Source: Acidobacteriota bacterium
GTDB lineage: Bacteria > Acidobacteriota > UBA6911 > RPQK01 > JAJDTT01
Reading direction: 5' to 3'
DNA: 64,000 nucleotides
Assembly (NCBI GenBank): GCA_965209055.1
Contig: OZ242374.1
Coordinates: 1,312,001 to 1,376,000 of the forward strand
The notes beneath the pieces are model-generated. The model saw only the letters and a program-made list of their open reading frames with translations. It had not been told where the DNA came from and made no database searches. The translations under genes were made by a program, and so were the position numbers. Below, one piece after another: positions 62,505 to 64,000 of this stretch (positions are counted from its first letter, which is position 1; every line of letters starts with the position of its first letter).

Positions 62505-63125
62505 CTAGTGAATCGTTTCGGCAAGGCGGCCTTCCAATTCGGGCCGCAACTCCACCATGCGCTTTTCGATAGCCTCCCGGATCCTGTAGCTGGCCGCCGC
62601 CATGGCTTCGAGAAGGCGATCCAGATTGGTGCTCTGTTCCAACTCCCGGGTGTCCCCCTGATTGAGCGTCACCAGCATCTGTGTCACCACCGCCATCAAA
62701 CGAGCCAATAGAAGGCCCAGTTGCGGTTCCAGGACATCCGGGTCGACTCCACGCTGGTCCAGCCTGCGGAGCCAGCGCAGATTCCCGTCCAGAATCCAGA
62801 GCGCCTGGAAACGGTAGCGGCCGGCGGTCCGGTCCCGGCCCGGATCGTACTCCTTCCTGATCCGATGCCAGAGGGACATCACCAACTGCTCCAACTCCCG
62901 CGCGTCCCGCCCCGGCCTGGCCCGGCGGCCCTCCAACACCCGGCGCACCACCGCGTCGGGGCTGGACCCGCCCCGATAGAGCTCGTCCTTGACATAGGCT
63001 TCGACCTCAGAACCTCTCAGGGCCAAGCCCATTGACAGAAGGGCCTTATCCAGCACGCCGTACGAATCGGTTGGAGACGAGCCAGCGCTTCGGGTCTCGG
63101 GAGTCGGAACATGATCAGTCGCCAT
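62505..63125 (-). CDS. Hypothetical alpha-helical protein
   Basis: Fills the gap between neighbours, GGAG RBS before the ATG at 63125, plausible composition; no family recognised. Confidence 0.55.
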   Translation of the reverse strand: MATDHVPTPETRSAGSSPTDSYGVLDKALLSMGLALRGSEVEAYVKDELYRGGSSPDAVVRRVLEGRRARPGRDARELEQLVMSLWHRIRKEYDPGRDRTAGRYRFQALWILDGNLRWLRRLDQRGVDPDVLEPQLGLLLARLMAVVTQMLVTLNQGDTRELEQSTNLDRLLEAMAAASYRIREAIEKRMVELRPELEGRLAETIH

Positions 63126-63241
63126 ACTATTCGCCACTCCGGCCTCGCCTCTCCCGCGCCCGATCATACGCTCGGCCGGTGACGACTCCGGAAAGGCTCC
63201 TCTTCCTTCCCCCGTTCTCTTCACGGTAGACTTCACGCCGG

Positions 63242-63652
63242 ATGAGCAAAGAAATCGCAAACGAAGCTCCGGTTCCCGGCAACGACCAGTTGGAGCGGCA
63301 GAGAAAAGTGGCCGAAGCGCTTGGCGTGCCGGTCTGCAGGCGCCATATCTTTCTCTGCTGTGACCAGGCCAAGCCCAAATGCGCCGACCGCCAGCGGACC
63401 TTGGAGGCTTGGCAATACCTGAAGCGGCGCCTCAAGGAACTGGGGCTCTCGGAGCGGGGAGGGATATGCCGCACGAAAGCGGACTGCCTGCGAATCTGCA
63501 TGGACGGCCCCATGGCCGTGGTCTATCCGGAGGGAGCCTGGTATCGGCGCTGCGACCCGCCGGTTCTGGAACGAATCATCCGGGAACATCTGGTCGGCGG
63601 CCGCCTGGTCCGCGAGCACCTCATCATCGAACACGTCCTGGACCCGGACTGA
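63242..63652 (+). CDS. Thioredoxin-like [2Fe-2S] ferredoxin
   Basis: RHIFLCC...[24 protein letters not shown]. Confidence 0.9.
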   Translation: MSKEIANEAPVPGNDQLERQRKVAEALGVPVCRRHIFLCCDQAKPKCADRQRTLEAWQYLKRRLKELGLSERGGICRTKADCLRICMDGPMAVVYPEGAWYRRCDPPVLERIIREHLVGGRLVREHLIIEHVLDPD

Positions 63653-63678
63653 GGCGGAGAGGAACGGAGCCAAGAATC

Positions 63679-64000
63679 ATGCATCGAGAAGCAAGCCTTG
63701 AAAGTACGACAACGGCGGCGGTTGCTTTGCTTCTCTGTGGGGGCGTCCTGCTGGCTCAGGAGTCCGTGGCGACGTCTCCCCACGCAGTGGCGCGGGACAC
63801 GCTGCGCGGACTCGACGGCGTGCACGTCGTGGTGGAGGAACTCCGGCCCGAGGCCGTGGATGACGGCCTTTCCAAGGAAGCCATCGAGGAGGGAGTGGTC
63901 CAACGGCTGTGGGATGCCGGCGTCCGGGTCTTGATGGAAGACCAGTGGACCATCGCCGCGGGCGCGCCCTACCTCTACCTGAACGTCCACGCCGTGAAGA
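63679..64000 (+). CDS. Exported hypothetical protein, truncated by the window edge
   Basis: Open frame MHREASLES...LLLCGGVLLAQ...TLRGLDGVHVVVEEL...GAPYLYLNVHAVK running off the end; GGAG upstream. Confidence 0.6.
   Translation, partial: MHREASLESTTTAAVALLLCGGVLLAQESVATSPHAVARDTLRGLDGVHVVVEELRPEAVDDGLSKEAIEEGVVQRLWDAGVRVLMEDQWTIAAGAPYLYLNVHAVK

Overview
This is a GC-rich bacterial chromosome segment, most likely from Acidobacteriota. The inference rests on an Acidobacterial-type VWA protein, a PQQ-family dehydrogenase paired with a cytochrome c, and DUF1553/DUF1501 genes. The left part holds that dehydrogenase pair, tRNA-Gly(CCC) and a TolC/MacAB-like exporter with three membrane-fusion modules. 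A minus-strand housekeeping block follows (kdsD, kdsA, pyrG, kdsB; priA, udg, era, coaBC, rpoZ, gmk, yicC, msbA), then a small catabolic cluster that includes a HAD/PurM-like fusion. An accessory block at about 38.4-51.3 kb is the best candidate for an undescribed system. It encodes a secreted protein with a split C2-like domain, a giant Ig/cadherin autotransporter, a one-polypeptide GAF-PAS-kinase-REC-OmpR regulator (plus a decayed fragment of a paralogue) and a nidogen-like zinc protease. The right part holds tdh-kbl-SDR-amidohydrolase-aldolase genes and a large, Bacillus-type SRP RNA with an extra hairpin in its Alu domain. REP-like palindromes are scattered through the window. I found no CRISPR array, integrase, transposase or reverse transcriptase. 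All family calls come from reading motifs by eye, not from database searches.
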